The translations under genes and the position numbers were made by a program. The notes under the pieces are model-generated. The model ran no database searches and was not told the origin of the DNA. It saw nothing but the letters and a program-made list of their open reading frames with translations. Shown one piece after another: positions 23,058 to 33,395 of a DNA stretch of 64,000 bases. Source of the stretch: Coprobacillus sp. CAG:605 (lineage in GTDB: Bacteria; Bacillota_I; Bacilli_A; RF39; UBA660); contig HF998225.1 in the NCBI GenBank assembly GCA_000433255.1, positions 19,063 to 83,062 on the forward strand, given 5' to 3'. Position 1 is the first letter of the stretch, and every line of letters starts with the position of its first letter.

Positions 23058-23073
23058 AACTTATCTCCTTACC

Positions 23074-23613
23074 CTATTTAGCTGCTTTCTTTCCTTCTTT
23101 ACGTCTTACATATTCGCCCTTATAACGGATACCTTTACCTTTATATGGTTCTGGTTCTCTTACTTTACGAATATTAGCCGCAAATTCAGTAACTCTTTGT
23201 TTATCAATACCTGAAACAGTAATTTCAGTATTGCTTTCTTGTTTAACTTCTAAACCTTCTGGTACATTAATTTCCATAGGATGAGAGAAACCTGCACTAA
23301 TAGCAATTTTCTTACCATTAACATTGAATCTATATCCAACACCAACAGCTTCTAATCCTTTAGAATATCCTTCAGTAACACCAATAATCATATTCTTGAT
23401 TAATGAGTTTGTAGTACCATGTAATTGTTTAGTACTCTTATTATCATTAGGTCTTTTAGTATAAACCTTATCTTCTTTAATTTCTACAACAATAGGTTCA
23501 CTTACTACTAATTTAAGTTCACCTTTAGGTCCTTTAACTGTAATTAAATTATTTTCATTTGTAACAGTTACTCCAGCAGGAATAACTAATTCTCTATTTC
23601 CAATTCTACTCAT
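23074..23613 (-). CDS. rplF: 50S ribosomal protein L6
   Basis: MSRIGN..L.IP.GV...GVGYR...EPYKGKGIRY is typical of L6. Confidence 0.96.
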   Translation of the reverse strand: MSRIGNRELVIPAGVTVTNENNLITVKGPKGELKLVVSEPIVVEIKEDKVYTKRPNDNKSTKQLHGTTNSLIKNMIIGVTEGYSKGLEAVGVGYRFNVNGKKIAISAGFSHPMEINVPEGLEVKQESNTEITVSGIDKQRVTEFAANIRKVREPEPYKGKGIRYKGEYVRRKEGKKAAK

Positions 23614-23627
23614 AATTTAGTATTTCC

Positions 23628-24023
23628 TTACCAAATATAGGCAAGTACTTCTCCTCCTAGATTATTTTCTCTAGCTTCTTTATCAGTCATTAAACCTTTA
23701 GATGTAGAAATAATTGCAATTCCTAGTCCATTAAGAACACGAGGAATTTCTGAAGCTTTGGCATAAACACGTAATCCTGATTTAGAAATTCTCTTTAAAC
23801 CTGTAATTACACGTTCTTTCTTTTGACCATACTTAAGATTAATTGTTAATTTATCTCCAGTAACATTTTTTTCATATTTATAATCATTAATAAAACCTTC
23901 TTTTTTAAGAATTTCAGCAATTCCTAAAGTCATCTTAGTTCCATTAACTTCTACAGTTTCATAACGCATTTGTAACGCATTACGCATTCTTGTTAGCATA
24001 TCTGCTATATTATCTTGTACCAT
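23628..24023 (-). CDS. rpsH: 30S ribosomal protein S8
   Basis: D.IADMLTR.RNA...[30 protein letters not shown] is typical of S8. Confidence 0.96.
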   Translation of the reverse strand: MVQDNIADMLTRMRNALQMRYETVEVNGTKMTLGIAEILKKEGFINDYKYEKNVTGDKLTINLKYGQKKERVITGLKRISKSGLRVYAKASEIPRVLNGLGIAIISTSKGLMTDKEARENNLGGEVLAYIW

Positions 24024-24040
24024 CTAAAATTCCTCCTTTC

Positions 24041-24226
24041 CTACCAACTAGATTTTCTTACACCAGGAATTTGTCCCTTATTTGCAAGTTCCCTAAAGCA
24101 TATACGGCATAATCCAAATTTTCTTAATACGCCATGAGGACGTCCACATCTTTCGCAACGACTATATGCACGAGTACTAAATTTTGGTGCTCTTTGTTGT
24201 TTTACAACCATACTTCTTTTTGCCAT
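24041..24226 (-). CDS. rpsN: 30S ribosomal protein S14, short zinc-binding type Z
   Basis: A 61-aa protein with CERCGRP...CRIC and a terminal W. Confidence 0.95.
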   Translation of the reverse strand: MAKRSMVVKQQRAPKFSTRAYSRCERCGRPHGVLRKFGLCRICFRELANKGQIPGVRKSSW

Positions 24227-24247
24227 AAAATATTTTCCTCCTCTTTC

Positions 24248-24787
24248 TTACTTTCTAAATGGAAGTCCAAATGCATTTAATAAATGCAATGCTTCTTCAT
24301 TTGTTTTAGCAGTAGTAACAAATACAATATCCATACCCATTACTTTAACTACTTGATCATAATCGATTTCAGGGAATATAAGTTGTTCTTTAATTCCTAA
24401 AGTATAATTTCCTCTACCATCAAATGCAGTTTTAGAAATACCTCTAAAATCTCTAACTCTTGGTAAAGCTAAGCTAATTAACTTATTCATAAAGTTATAC
24501 ATAGCTTCTCCACGAAGTGTAACTTTGCAACCAATTGGTTGGCCTTCTCTTAACTTAAAGCCAGCAATTGATTTACGAGCTTTAGTAACTACAGGCTTTT
24601 GACCAGTAATTGCTTCTAAATCTTTAACAGCAGCTTCAACAAACTTAGGTTCATGAGATCCTTCTCCTACACCCATATTAATAACTATTTTTTCTAATCT
24701 AGGAACTTCCATATTAGAAGAATAATTATATTCTTTCATTAATGAAGCTGTTATTTCTTTATTATATAATTCTTTTAAATTACTCAT
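24248..24787 (-). CDS. rplE: 50S ribosomal protein L5
   Basis: The L5 pattern is present ([14 protein letters not shown]...[19 protein letters not shown]). Confidence 0.96.
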   Translation of the reverse strand: MSNLKELYNKEITASLMKEYNYSSNMEVPRLEKIVINMGVGEGSHEPKFVEAAVKDLEAITGQKPVVTKARKSIAGFKLREGQPIGCKVTLRGEAMYNFMNKLISLALPRVRDFRGISKTAFDGRGNYTLGIKEQLIFPEIDYDQVVKVMGMDIVFVTTAKTNEEALHLLNAFGLPFRK

Positions 24788-24795
24788 AATTTCTC

Positions 24796-25056
24796 CTAAC
24801 TAGCTTTCTTCTTTGAAGTTTTAGCACTTTTTACTTTTTCTTCAACTTTTTTTACATTAGAAACATGAATTGGTGCTTCAGTTTCTTGAATAGATCCTGT
24901 TTCATTCGTATATCTTGGTTTAAGGTGTTTTTTTACAATGTTGATACCTTCAACAATAACTCTATCTTCTTTTCTAAGAGTTTTAATAATTTTGCCTTCT
25001 TTACCTTTATCTTTTCCAGCAATAATTTTAACTTGATCTCCAACTTTAACTTTCAT
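24796..25056 (-). CDS. rplX: 50S ribosomal protein L24
   Basis: [23 protein letters not shown] is a KOW motif. It sits between rplN and rplE. Confidence 0.93.
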   Translation of the reverse strand: MKVKVGDQVKIIAGKDKGKEGKIIKTLRKEDRVIVEGINIVKKHLKPRYTNETGSIQETEAPIHVSNVKKVEEKVKSAKTSKKKAS

Positions 25057-25067
25057 TATTAATCCTC

Positions 25068-25436
25068 CTAAATAACTTCATTTGCAAGTGAAACGATTTT
25101 CATGAAATCTTTATCACGAAGTTCACGAGCAACTGGCCCTAAAACACGAGTTCCAATAGGACTCTTATCATCTTTGATTAATACACAAGCATTGTCATCA
25201 AATTTGATATAAGAACCATCTTTTCTTCTAACGCCTTCAACACTACGAACAATAACAGCTTTAACAACCTTTCCTTCAGGAATGTTGCTATTTGGAATTG
25301 CTTTTTTAACAGTTCCAACTACGATATCACCGATATTACCATATTTTACTTTAGATCCACCCATAACACGAATTACAAGTAATTCTCTTGGGCCTGAGTT
25401 ATCAGCAACTTTTAATCTAGATTCTTGCATTACCAT
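25068..25436 (-). CDS. rplN: 50S ribosomal protein L14
   Basis: [14 protein letters not shown]...[12 protein letters not shown] is typical of L14. An AGGAGGT RBS is present. Confidence 0.96.
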   Translation of the reverse strand: MVMQESRLKVADNSGPRELLVIRVMGGSKVKYGNIGDIVVGTVKKAIPNSNIPEGKVVKAVIVRSVEGVRRKDGSYIKFDDNACVLIKDDKSPIGTRVLGPVARELRDKDFMKIVSLANEVI

Positions 25437-25447
25437 AATGATACCTC

Positions 25448-25708
25448 CTATAAGATTACAGCCTTTTCAACTATTTTAACTAGTTCATATCTCTTAGTTT
25501 TAGATAAAGGTCTAGTCATAGCGATTCTAACTGTATCTCCTTCTTTAGCTTCATTCTTTTCATCATGAGCTACATATTTTTTAGAGTATTTAACTCTCTT
25601 ACCATAAAGTGGATGATTTTTATAAGTTTCAACTAAAACAGTAATAGTTTTATCGCACTTAGCAGATACAACCTTACCTGTAAGTTCAGCTCTTTTAGTT
25701 TCTGCCAT
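25448..25708 (-). CDS. rpsQ: 30S ribosomal protein S17
   Basis: GKVVS.K.DKTI.V.VE....HP.YGK......K...HDE.N is typical of S17. Confidence 0.95.
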   Translation of the reverse strand: MAETKRAELTGKVVSAKCDKTITVLVETYKNHPLYGKRVKYSKKYVAHDEKNEAKEGDTVRIAMTRPLSKTKRYELVKIVEKAVIL

Positions 25709-25914
25709 TAATTTTCTCCTCCTTCTGATAATTCTCTTTCACGCAAGATAGTCTTCATTCTTGCAACATCTTTTCTTAATTCATGGATTTTAGAAGGCTT
25801 TTCTAAACTTCCAGTGGATTGTTTAATTCTTAAATCTAATAATTCTTTTTTAGATTCAGTAATCTTTTTATTTAAATCTTCATTAGTTAATTTTCTAAGT
25901 TCATTAATTTTCAC
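25708..25914 (-). CDS. rpmC: 50S ribosomal protein L29
   Basis: ELRKLT.EDL.KK..E.KKEL..LR is typical of L29. It overlaps rpsQ by 1 nt. Confidence 0.93.
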   Translation of the reverse strand: MKINELRKLTNEDLNKKITESKKELLDLRIKQSTGSLEKPSKIHELRKDVARMKTILRERELSEGGEN

Positions 25915-26329
25915 TAGAATTACCTTCTTTCTTTACGAATTTGCATGTAACAGGTAATTTATGAGAGGCAAGTCTTAGTGCTTCACGAGCTGTAGCTTCA
26001 TCTACTTCACTAATTTCAAACATAATTTTACCTTTCTTAACTACTGCTACCCATTCATCAACATTACCTTTTCCGGTACCTTGACGAGTTTCTAATGGTT
26101 TCTTAGTTCTAGCTAAATGAGGGAAAATATTAATAAATACTTTACCACCACGTTTCATATAACGTGTCATAGCAATACGAGCTGCCTCAATTTGCTTAGC
26201 AGATACGTAAGCACCTTCTTTAGCCATTAAACCATATTCACCAAAGTGTAATTCAGTATTACCTTTAGCATGACCATCATAAGTTAATCTATGAGGTTTA
26301 CGATATTTAGTTCTTTTTGGAATTAACAT
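25904..26329 (-). CDS. rplP: 50S ribosomal protein L16
   Basis: [13 protein letters not shown]...G is the L16 N-terminus. Confidence 0.96.
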   Translation of the reverse strand: MLIPKRTKYRKPHRLTYDGHAKGNTELHFGEYGLMAKEGAYVSAKQIEAARIAMTRYMKRGGKVFINIFPHLARTKKPLETRQGTGKGNVDEWVAVVKKGKIMFEISEVDEATAREALRLASHKLPVTCKFVKKEGNSSEN

Positions 26330-26987
26330 TTAAAGTCTCTCCCTTCTTATTTTTGTTAGCTGGAAGAATCTCTCCTTTATAAATCCAAACTTTAACTCCA
26401 ATAATACCATAAGTAGTAAGAGCTTCAGCTGTACCATAATCAATATCAGCACGAACAGTATGTAAAGGAACAGTACCTTCTGTATAACCTTCATTTCTTG
26501 CCATTTCAGCTCCACCAACACGTCCAGAAACTAAAGTTTTAATTCCCTTAGCTCCAGCCTTCATAGTATTTCTAATAGCACGTTTTTGAACGCTTCTAAA
26601 TGGAGCTCTAGCTTCAATTTGTAAAGCAATATTTTGTGCTACTATTTGAGCATTTAAATCTGGATTTTTAACTTCTACTATAGATACGTAGATATCTTCT
26701 CCAACTAATTTCTTTAATTCATTTCTTAATTTTTCGATGTCTTCTCCACCTTTACCAATGATTACTCCTGGTTTAGCAGATTTAATAGTAACATCACATC
26801 TTTTGTCATTTCTTTCAATAACTACAGAGGCAACTGCAGCTTCTTTTAACTTTTTAGCTAAAAACTTACGAATTTTAATGTCATTATTTAAATATTTAGC
26901 ATAATCTTTATTACTTGAAAACCATTTAGATTCCCAATCTTTATTAACACCAATTCTTAAGCCAATTGGACTAACTTTTTGTCCCAT
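26307..26987 (-). CDS. rpsC: 30S ribosomal protein S3
   Basis: [13 protein letters not shown]....W.S.W and a KH domain are present. It has a Lys-rich tail that overlaps rplP by 23 nt. Confidence 0.96.
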   Translation of the reverse strand: MGQKVSPIGLRIGVNKDWESKWFSSNKDYAKYLNNDIKIRKFLAKKLKEAAVASVVIERNDKRCDVTIKSAKPGVIIGKGGEDIEKLRNELKKLVGEDIYVSIVEVKNPDLNAQIVAQNIALQIEARAPFRSVQKRAIRNTMKAGAKGIKTLVSGRVGGAEMARNEGYTEGTVPLHTVRADIDYGTAEALTTYGIIGVKVWIYKGEILPANKNKKGETLNVNSKKN

Positions 26988-27334
26988 TATTTTGCCTCCT
27001 TAACATTGTCACTAACTTTAATAGTTATATGACTTGTACGTTTATCATGTCTATCAACATTTGAACGACTTCCGAATCTAATCTTCTTACGAGTTTTTCC
27101 TGGATTAATATAACATTCAGAGATAACTAAATCAGATTCTTTAGCACCGTTATTGTTAACAGCATTCGCAATAGCACTATTTAAAACTTTGCTTATTAAA
27201 CGACTAGCTTTTGTATTTGTATTATTTAAAATACCTTGTGCAGTATGAACATCCTTACCTCTAATTAAATCAAGAGTCATTCTTGCTTTACGAGGAGGAA
27301 TTAACGCACCTTTATGAATTGCATAAGTTTCCAT
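26987..27334 (-). CDS. rplV: 50S ribosomal protein L22
   Basis: The L22 pattern is present ([18 protein letters not shown]...). It sits between rpsS and rpsC. Confidence 0.94.
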   Translation of the reverse strand: METYAIHKGALIPPRKARMTLDLIRGKDVHTAQGILNNTNTKASRLISKVLNSAIANAVNNNGAKESDLVISECYINPGKTRKKIRFGSRSNVDRHDKRTSHITIKVSDNVKEAK

Positions 27335-27349
27335 ATTTAATTATCCTTC

Positions 27350-27613
27350 CTATTTTTGACCAGCATGGCCACCAAATTTACGAGTTAACGCAAATTCACC
27401 AAGTTTATGTCCAACCATATCTTCTGTAATATATACAGGGATAAACTCTTTACCATTGTGAACAGCAATTGTATGTCCTATGAAATCAGGGAAGATTGTT
27501 GAACGACGTGACCAAGTTTTAATAACTTCTTTTTTACCACTTTTATTTAATTCTTGAACCTTTTTAAGTAATCTATCAAATACATAAGGTCCTTTTTTTA
27601 AACTTCTTGCCAT
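27350..27613 (-). CDS. rpsS: 30S ribosomal protein S19
   Basis: [10 protein letters not shown]...L...V....[20 protein letters not shown]....[13 protein letters not shown] is typical of S19. Confidence 0.96.
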   Translation of the reverse strand: MARSLKKGPYVFDRLLKKVQELNKSGKKEVIKTWSRRSTIFPDFIGHTIAVHNGKEFIPVYITEDMVGHKLGEFALTRKFGGHAGQK

Positions 27614-27628
27614 TATTATTTCCTCCTA

Positions 27629-28459
27629 TTATTTCTTTTTACGACTAACAATTAACTTGTCAGATGCTTTCTTATTTTTTCTAGTCTTTAATCCTAGAGC
27701 AGGTTTACCCCAAGGTGTCATTGGAGCCTTACGTCCGATTGGAGCACGGCCTTCGCCACCACCATGTGGGTGATCATTAGGGTTCATAACAGAACCACGG
27801 TTTGTAGGTGTAATACCCATATGACGTTTTCTACCAGCTTTACCAAGGTTTACAAGTTCATAATCTTCATTACCAACTGTACCAATAGTAGCCATACAAG
27901 TTCCAAGAATTTTTCTTGTTTCACCTGATTGTAGACGAACCATAACATATTTACCTTCACGTCCTAATATTTGAGCACTAGTTCCTGCTGAACGAGCAAT
28001 CTCAGCACCCTTACCAGGTTGAAGTTCTATACAATGGATTACCGTACCTACTGGAATGCATTCTAATGGAAGTGCGTTACCAACTTTGATATCAGCTTCA
28101 CGGCCATTTTCAATAATCATTCCTACTTTTAAATCTTTTGGTGCAATAATATATCTCTTTTCACCATCTTTATAGTTGATTAAAGCGATATTACTATTTC
28201 TATTTGGATCGTATTCAATAGTAGCAACACGACCAGGTACACCAGTTTTATTTCTCTTAAAATCAATAATTCTATATTTTTGTTTTGCTCCACCACCAAT
28301 GTGTTGAACAGTCATTCTACCTTGATTATTTCTACCACCAGTTTTAGTCTTTTTAACTAATAAAGATTTTTCTGGAGTAGTAGTAGTAATTTCATTATTA
28401 CTTAAAGTAGTCATTCCTCTTCTACCATTAGTTGTAGGTTTATACTTCTTAATTGGCAT
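27629..28459 (-). CDS. rplB: 50S ribosomal protein L2
   Basis: [12 protein letters not shown] and [13 protein letters not shown] are L2 hallmarks. Confidence 0.97.
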   Translation of the reverse strand: MPIKKYKPTTNGRRGMTTLSNNEITTTTPEKSLLVKKTKTGGRNNQGRMTVQHIGGGAKQKYRIIDFKRNKTGVPGRVATIEYDPNRNSNIALINYKDGEKRYIIAPKDLKVGMIIENGREADIKVGNALPLECIPVGTVIHCIELQPGKGAEIARSAGTSAQILGREGKYVMVRLQSGETRKILGTCMATIGTVGNEDYELVNLGKAGRKRHMGITPTNRGSVMNPNDHPHGGGEGRAPIGRKAPMTPWGKPALGLKTRKNKKASDKLIVSRKKK

Positions 28460-28475
28460 AATATCGACTCCTCTC

Positions 28476-28751
28476 CTATAATTCTATTGAGTAGCCATCT
28501 TTTAAGGTAACAATAGCCTTTTTATAAGTCTTAGTTTTACCTGTATAACGACCAACTCTTTTATCTTTAGCTTTAGTGTTTAGTGTATTAACGCTTTTAA
28601 CTTTAACATCAAAAGCCTTTTCAATAGCATCTTTAATTTGAATTTTGTTAGCACTTGATGCTACCTTAAATGTATACACATTATTGTTCTTTAAAGTCAT
28701 AGACTTTTCAGTAACAACAGGTGCAATAATTACATCAGTAAAATCTTTCAT
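28476..28751 (-). CDS. rplW: 50S ribosomal protein L23
   Basis: PV.TEKS......N.YTF.V...ANK..IK.A.E..F.VKV..VNT is typical of L23. Confidence 0.94.
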   Translation of the reverse strand: MKDFTDVIIAPVVTEKSMTLKNNNVYTFKVASSANKIQIKDAIEKAFDVKVKSVNTLNTKAKDKRVGRYTGKTKTYKKAIVTLKDGYSIEL

Positions 28752-29374
28752 TATTTAAGTGCCTCCTCAATTTTCTTAACAGCTTCTTCTTCAATAACAA
28801 CAGTATCAGCATTTACAAGATCATAACAATTGATTTCATCGCTCATTAATGAATATGTATATCCTAAATTTCTTGTTGCTAAGTATAGGTTTTCACCATC
28901 ATTAGCTGTAATAAATAGTACTTTACCATTTAATCCAAGAGTCTTAATTAATTCTTTAACTTCACTAGTTTTATTTGATTTTAATTCTAACGAATCAACA
29001 ACTACTAATGATTTATTTTTAGCAATATGAGTTAAAGCACTCTTAAGAGCAAGTACTCTTTCTTTCTTGTTCATTTTGAATGAATAACTTCTTGGGTTTA
29101 CACCACCGGCAATTCCGCCACCAACCCATTGTGTTGCACGAGTAGATCCTTGACGAGCTCTACCTGTACCTTTTTGTCTCCATGGTTTTCTTCCACCACC
29201 AGAAACTTCACTTCTTGTTTTAGTCTTAGCAGTACCTTGTCTAGATGCAGCAAGTTGTAAATCTATTGCTTTTTTAAGAACAACATCATTTGGTTCAATA
29301 CCGAATACTTTAGCATCTAATGTTAAATCTTTAGTTTTTTCATTTTTGATATTTTTAACTTCTATCTTCGCCAT
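28751..29374 (-). CDS. rplD: 50S ribosomal protein L4
   Basis: The L4 core motif [20 protein letters not shown] is present. Confidence 0.96.
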   Translation of the reverse strand: MAKIEVKNIKNEKTKDLTLDAKVFGIEPNDVVLKKAIDLQLAASRQGTAKTKTRSEVSGGGRKPWRQKGTGRARQGSTRATQWVGGGIAGGVNPRSYSFKMNKKERVLALKSALTHIAKNKSLVVVDSLELKSNKTSEVKELIKTLGLNGKVLFITANDGENLYLATRNLGYTYSLMSDEINCYDLVNADTVVIEEEAVKKIEEALK

Positions 29375-29385
29375 AGTTGCACCTC

Positions 29386-30093
29386 TTAATTTTCTTCCTT
29401 AGTTTCAGTAGCTTCTGCATTATCAACTACTGTTTCTTCATAAGAAATTAATTCTTCAGCCATTGGTTTTCTTTCATCCTTAGCTGCAGATTTAATTAAA
29501 ACTAAAGATTTCTTAGCTCCTGGTACATTACCACTAACTAAAATATAATTTTCTTGAGCATTTACATCAACAATTACTAAATTTTGAATAGTAACAGTAT
29601 CAACACCCATATGACCTGGTAATTTCTTACCTGGTAATACTCTCATTGGTCTCATAGTTCCCATTGAACCTGGTCTTCTATGATATCTAGATCCGTGAGC
29701 ACTTGGTCCAGATGCTTGTCCGTGTCTTTTAATAACACCTTGAGTTCCATGACCCTTACTAGTTCCGGTTACATCTACTACTTCTCCAATAGTAAATAAA
29801 TCAGCACTAATAGTATCCCCTAAGTTATAAGAGCCTTCATAATCTCTTATTTCTTTTAAGAAGCGCTTAGGAGTTGTATTGGCTTTTTTAGCATGACCAA
29901 TACTAGCTTTAGTAGCGTTTTTTTCTTTTTTGTCACAAACGCCTAATTGAATTGCGTTGTATCCGTCAGTTTCAACACTCTTGACTTGAGTTACAACATT
30001 AGGTTCAACTTCAATTACAGTGACAGGAACAACTTTACCTTCTTTAGTGAAAACTTCAGTCATTCCAACTTTGCGTCCTAAGATTCCTTTCAT
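29386..30093 (-). CDS. rplC: 50S ribosomal protein L3
   Basis: [14 protein letters not shown] and [15 protein letters not shown] are L3 hallmarks. It has an acidic C-terminal extension. Confidence 0.96.
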   Translation of the reverse strand: MKGILGRKVGMTEVFTKEGKVVPVTVIEVEPNVVTQVKSVETDGYNAIQLGVCDKKEKNATKASIGHAKKANTTPKRFLKEIRDYEGSYNLGDTISADLFTIGEVVDVTGTSKGHGTQGVIKRHGQASGPSAHGSRYHRRPGSMGTMRPMRVLPGKKLPGHMGVDTVTIQNLVIVDVNAQENYILVSGNVPGAKKSLVLIKSAAKDERKPMAEELISYEETVVDNAEATETKEEN

Positions 30094-30113
30094 TTTTTAA
30101 TCCTCCATATTTT

Positions 30114-30419
30114 TTAGTTTTGTTTGATACTAATAGCAACACCACTTGGTAAATCTAAGTGAGATAATGCTTCAATAGTCTCTTTACTTGGGTTTTTAAT
30201 ATCAATAAGTCTTTTATGTGTACGCATTTCAAATTGTTCACGAGCATCTTTATACTTATGAACAGCTCTTAATACTGTAACTTTTTCTACTTCAGTAGGA
30301 AGTGGAATTGGACCAGAAATTTCTCCCCCAGTTCTTTTAACAGTTTCGACAATCTTACCAGCTGCTAAATCGATTGAACGATGATCGTAAGCTTTAAGAT
30401 TAATACGAATTTTTGACAT
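30114..30419 (-). CDS. rpsJ: 30S ribosomal protein S10
   Basis: KIRI.LKAYDH..ID........ET..RTG....GPIPLPT is typical of S10. It is the first gene of the cluster. Confidence 0.96.
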   Translation of the reverse strand: MSKIRINLKAYDHRSIDLAAGKIVETVKRTGGEISGPIPLPTEVEKVTVLRAVHKYKDAREQFEMRTHKRLIDIKNPSKETIEALSHLDLPSGVAISIKQN

Positions 30420-30603
30420 ATTGCATGTCCTCCTTTCGCCTATATCTAGTATAGACTTGCTCCGTTATGAATTACCCGAATCGCCCTATTTTGATATTTT
30501 AGATAAATAATTATCAATCAACACCGCCTAGTGTATCGGCAACCTCACACATCCCCGCAGTCATACAGTTTCCATATTATCACAAAATAGCCTATAAAAT
30601 CAA
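30420..30603 (-). promoter_or_regulatory. rpsJ promoter plus an approx 150-nt comparatively GC-rich 5' leader
   Basis: The minus strand reads TTGATT-16 nt-GATAAT, with a TG one base upstream (30576-30603). The leader that follows contains G/C-rich segments such as CTGCGGGGATGTGTGAGGTTGCCGATACACTAGGCGGTG and GGGCGATTCGGG before the AAAGGAGG RBS. Confidence 0.5.
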
Positions 30604-30755
30604 GCTTTTTCTGCAATTTTCGCAAATTTTTAAGTCTAACTTTTTTTAAAATGCCTGCCGCCTAAATAAAATCCTAATTTATTAGAACATTTTAACCTAT
30701 TATCTATAAATAAGGCATCCCAAGCATAATAACAATATTAAACCATTACTCTACA

Positions 30756-30786
30756 CCAAAAAGGACATAACCAAAGTTATATCCCC
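30756..30786 (-). terminator. Rho-independent terminator after gpmI
   Basis: The minus RNA GGAUAUAAC-UUUG-GUUAUGUCC forms 9 bp (1 G.U) and is followed by UUUUU. Confidence 0.75.
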
Positions 30787-30793
30787 AAATTTA

Positions 30794-32299
30794 TTATTCC
30801 ACAATCAAATTCTTAGTACCCTTCATTTCTTTAGGTATAGCAATATCCATATATTTAAGGATAGTCGGAGCAACACTAGTCAAATCGCCATTCCTTAGTT
30901 TCAACTTCTTATCTGTAATTATAAATGGCACAGGATAAAGTGAATGCGTCGTCACTGGATTATCATTTTCATCTAACATATAATCACAATTACCATGATC
31001 ACTTAACAACACCACTGTATAAAAATTATCAAACGCTGTATTTAAAACCATTCCTAAACATTTATCAATATTTTCCAAAGCCTTAACAGTTGCCTCTAAA
31101 TTTCCCGTATGCCCTACCATATCTGGATTAGCATAATTCATCAAAATAAAATCATAATCATTCTCTAAACACTCTACACATTTTTCCGTAACTTCATAAC
31201 AAGACATTTCCGGTTTCATATCATAAGTAGCCACCTTAGGACTAGGCACTAAATACCTATCACATTTTTCTAAATCTAATTCCTTTCCCCCATCAAAGAA
31301 ATAAGTTACGTGAGCATACTTTTCGGTCTCTGCAATACGTGCTTGACTTAACCCCAAATTACTTAAATATACCCCTAAAGCATTATTAATCTCTACATGT
31401 TCTAAAAAATGTCTACCATTCTTTGCTTCATCAATTGGATATATTGAATAACACTTTAAATTTGGCATAAGTTTATTTTCAAAACCATCAAAACTACTAT
31501 CCGTAATTGCTCTTAAAATTTGTTTAGCTCTATCTGGACGATAATTCATCCATAACAAAATGTCTCCATCTTGAATAGGCTTTCCTTGTTCTAAAATTAT
31601 TGGTGGCAAAAATTCGTCTGTAATATTTTTCTTATAACAATACTCTATTGCATCCGCTAAATTTCTAACATGCGCACCCCTGCCATTAACCTCTGCATCA
31701 TAATATAATTTCGTACGATCCCATTTCTTATCTCTATCCATAGCATAATATCTACCACATACTGAAACCACACTTCCCATATTATATTTCTTTAATAAAT
31801 CATCAATTCTCTTTATATATTTATATGAAACAGTAGTCTCTGTATCTCTACCATCACTAATAGCGTGAACAAAAACATTAGAAACATCATTTTTATGTAA
31901 TACTTCAATCATTCGTTCAAAAAACTCAATATGTGAATGAATCCCCCCATCTGATAATAATCCCATCATATGTATAGGTTTATTAGTACTCTTTGCATAA
32001 TCTACTAAATTCTTAAATTCTAGATTCTTACTTATTTCATCATTTAAAAACCAATCTTCTATCTGCATAAAATTTTGTTTAACTAATCTTCCCGCTCCAA
32101 TTGTTTGATGTCCTACCTCACTATTTCCCATTTGATGTTTAGTTAATCCCACATACTGTTCTGAAGCCATTAACTGACAATGAGGATAATTATTCCATAG
32201 TGAAACAAAATTTGGCATCTTAGCTAACTTTACTGCATTTCCATGTACTTCATTACGTAACCCAAAACCATCTAATATTATTGTTAATATTTTCTTCAT
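30794..32299 (-). CDS. gpmI: 2,3-bisphosphoglycerate-independent phosphoglycerate mutase
   Basis: A 501-aa protein with ILDGFG...GNSEVGH...SDGGIHSH...SDHGN motifs. Confidence 0.95.
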   Translation of the reverse strand: MKKILTIILDGFGLRNEVHGNAVKLAKMPNFVSLWNNYPHCQLMASEQYVGLTKHQMGNSEVGHQTIGAGRLVKQNFMQIEDWFLNDEISKNLEFKNLVDYAKSTNKPIHMMGLLSDGGIHSHIEFFERMIEVLHKNDVSNVFVHAISDGRDTETTVSYKYIKRIDDLLKKYNMGSVVSVCGRYYAMDRDKKWDRTKLYYDAEVNGRGAHVRNLADAIEYCYKKNITDEFLPPIILEQGKPIQDGDILLWMNYRPDRAKQILRAITDSSFDGFENKLMPNLKCYSIYPIDEAKNGRHFLEHVEINNALGVYLSNLGLSQARIAETEKYAHVTYFFDGGKELDLEKCDRYLVPSPKVATYDMKPEMSCYEVTEKCVECLENDYDFILMNYANPDMVGHTGNLEATVKALENIDKCLGMVLNTAFDNFYTVVLLSDHGNCDYMLDENDNPVTTHSLYPVPFIITDKKLKLRNGDLTSVAPTILKYMDIAIPKEMKGTKNLIVE

Positions 32300-32444
32300 T
32301 TTATCAACCCTTTTCTATAACTATTTTATCACAATTTACAATTTTATTTCAATAAATGAAAATTCCCCATATTTATGCCATTTTTTTGTACTACATATCA
32401 TTTTTTCAAAGGAAAAAGAAAAAATGATTATTTCTAACCATTCT

Positions 32445-33206
32445 TTATCTAACTTTATTTCCATCCAAATGTATCTTATCTGCTACAGTAGCCAAAAACT
32501 CCGAATTAGTTGGTTTAGCTCTATCAAAATCAACCGAATGACCAAAAATCTCTTCCATTAAATCATAGTCTCCTCTATTCCAACTAACTTCAATAGCATG
32601 TCTTATAGCTCTTTCCACTCTAGAAGGCGTTGTATTATACTTATCTGCAATATAAGGATAAACTTCTTTCGTAATACCACCCAAAGTATCTGGATTATTA
32701 TACATTAACTCAATTGAATCCCTAATATATTGATATCCTTTTATATGACTAGGCATACCAAGATCATGTAATAACTTCGAAATTGTCTTAGTCATACTGC
32801 TAGGTTTAAATTCATATTCTTGGTAATTAACTTTATAAGCATCATTAATTCTTTCTACTAAAACATCTTTTCCTACATTCTTATATAAGAAGAACGTAAT
32901 ATCAAAAAGATTTAAAGACTTAATTAAAGCTTCATTATTAAAATGTGAATAGATAATTACTTTCTTATTTATATTCTCTCTATTCATAAACTTTAATACA
33001 CCAATTCCATCTAATGATGGCAAGATCGTATCCATAAGGATAATATCGATATCTCTTTCATGTTCTTTAATTATATTAACGGCATCTATTCCATCACTAC
33101 AATTATAAGAAATATTAATATTGTTACTACAACTACCTAAATACTGCTTAACTTCTTTAATGCTAGATTCACTATCTATCATTAAAACATTAATCATATT
33201 TTTCAT
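32445..33206 (-). CDS. spo0A: Sporulation master regulator Spo0A
   Basis: A receiver domain (ILMDTILPSLDG phospho-Asp context) is joined to the diagnostic C-terminal domain HIKGYQYIRDSI...TPSRVERAIRHAIEVSWNRG...KPTNSEFLATVADK. Confidence 0.93.
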   Translation of the reverse strand: MKNMINVLMIDSESSIKEVKQYLGSCSNNINISYNCSDGIDAVNIIKEHERDIDIILMDTILPSLDGIGVLKFMNRENINKKVIIYSHFNNEALIKSLNLFDITFFLYKNVGKDVLVERINDAYKVNYQEYEFKPSSMTKTISKLLHDLGMPSHIKGYQYIRDSIELMYNNPDTLGGITKEVYPYIADKYNTTPSRVERAIRHAIEVSWNRGDYDLMEEIFGHSVDFDRAKPTNSEFLATVADKIHLDGNKVR

Positions 33207-33247
33207 TGTATCTCCTTTGTACTGCTTAAAACCATTATAAAATTAAA

Positions 33248-33299
33248 TTCGTCAAAATACTAGAATATGTTTTGTCTACCCATGTCGAATTATGTCAAC
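33248..33299. promoter_or_regulatory. Cluster of 0A-box-like heptamers upstream of spo0A
   Basis: TGACGAA lies on the minus strand at 33248-33254 and TGTCGAA on the plus strand at 33283-33289; both are perfect TGNCGAA. A near-match TGTCAAC lies at 33293-33299. All are 42-93 nt upstream of the spo0A ATG. Confidence 0.5.
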
Positions 33300-33395
33300 T
33301 TAAGGAATATAACATAAATTTTACGTTTTTTAACTCAAACAATAGAAAAAGAATACCCTACAGTACTCTAATTTATATAGCCACATAATCTTTAT

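Noticed and set aside
22447-29030. Short ORFs antisense or out of frame within ribosomal protein genes: 22447-22644, 22984-23214, 24865-25062, 25282-25479, 26330-26521 and 28830-29030.
   Set aside because: They are shadow frames of highly conserved genes. Their translations are low-complexity Phe/Leu/Ile-rich and they have no RBS.
33207-33395. A sigma-H-type promoter (AGGA-N-GAAT) for spo0A, as in B. subtilis.
   Set aside because: A CGAAT is present, but there is no AGGA-like -35 element at suitable spacing. Only sigma-A-like elements and the 0A boxes could be supported.
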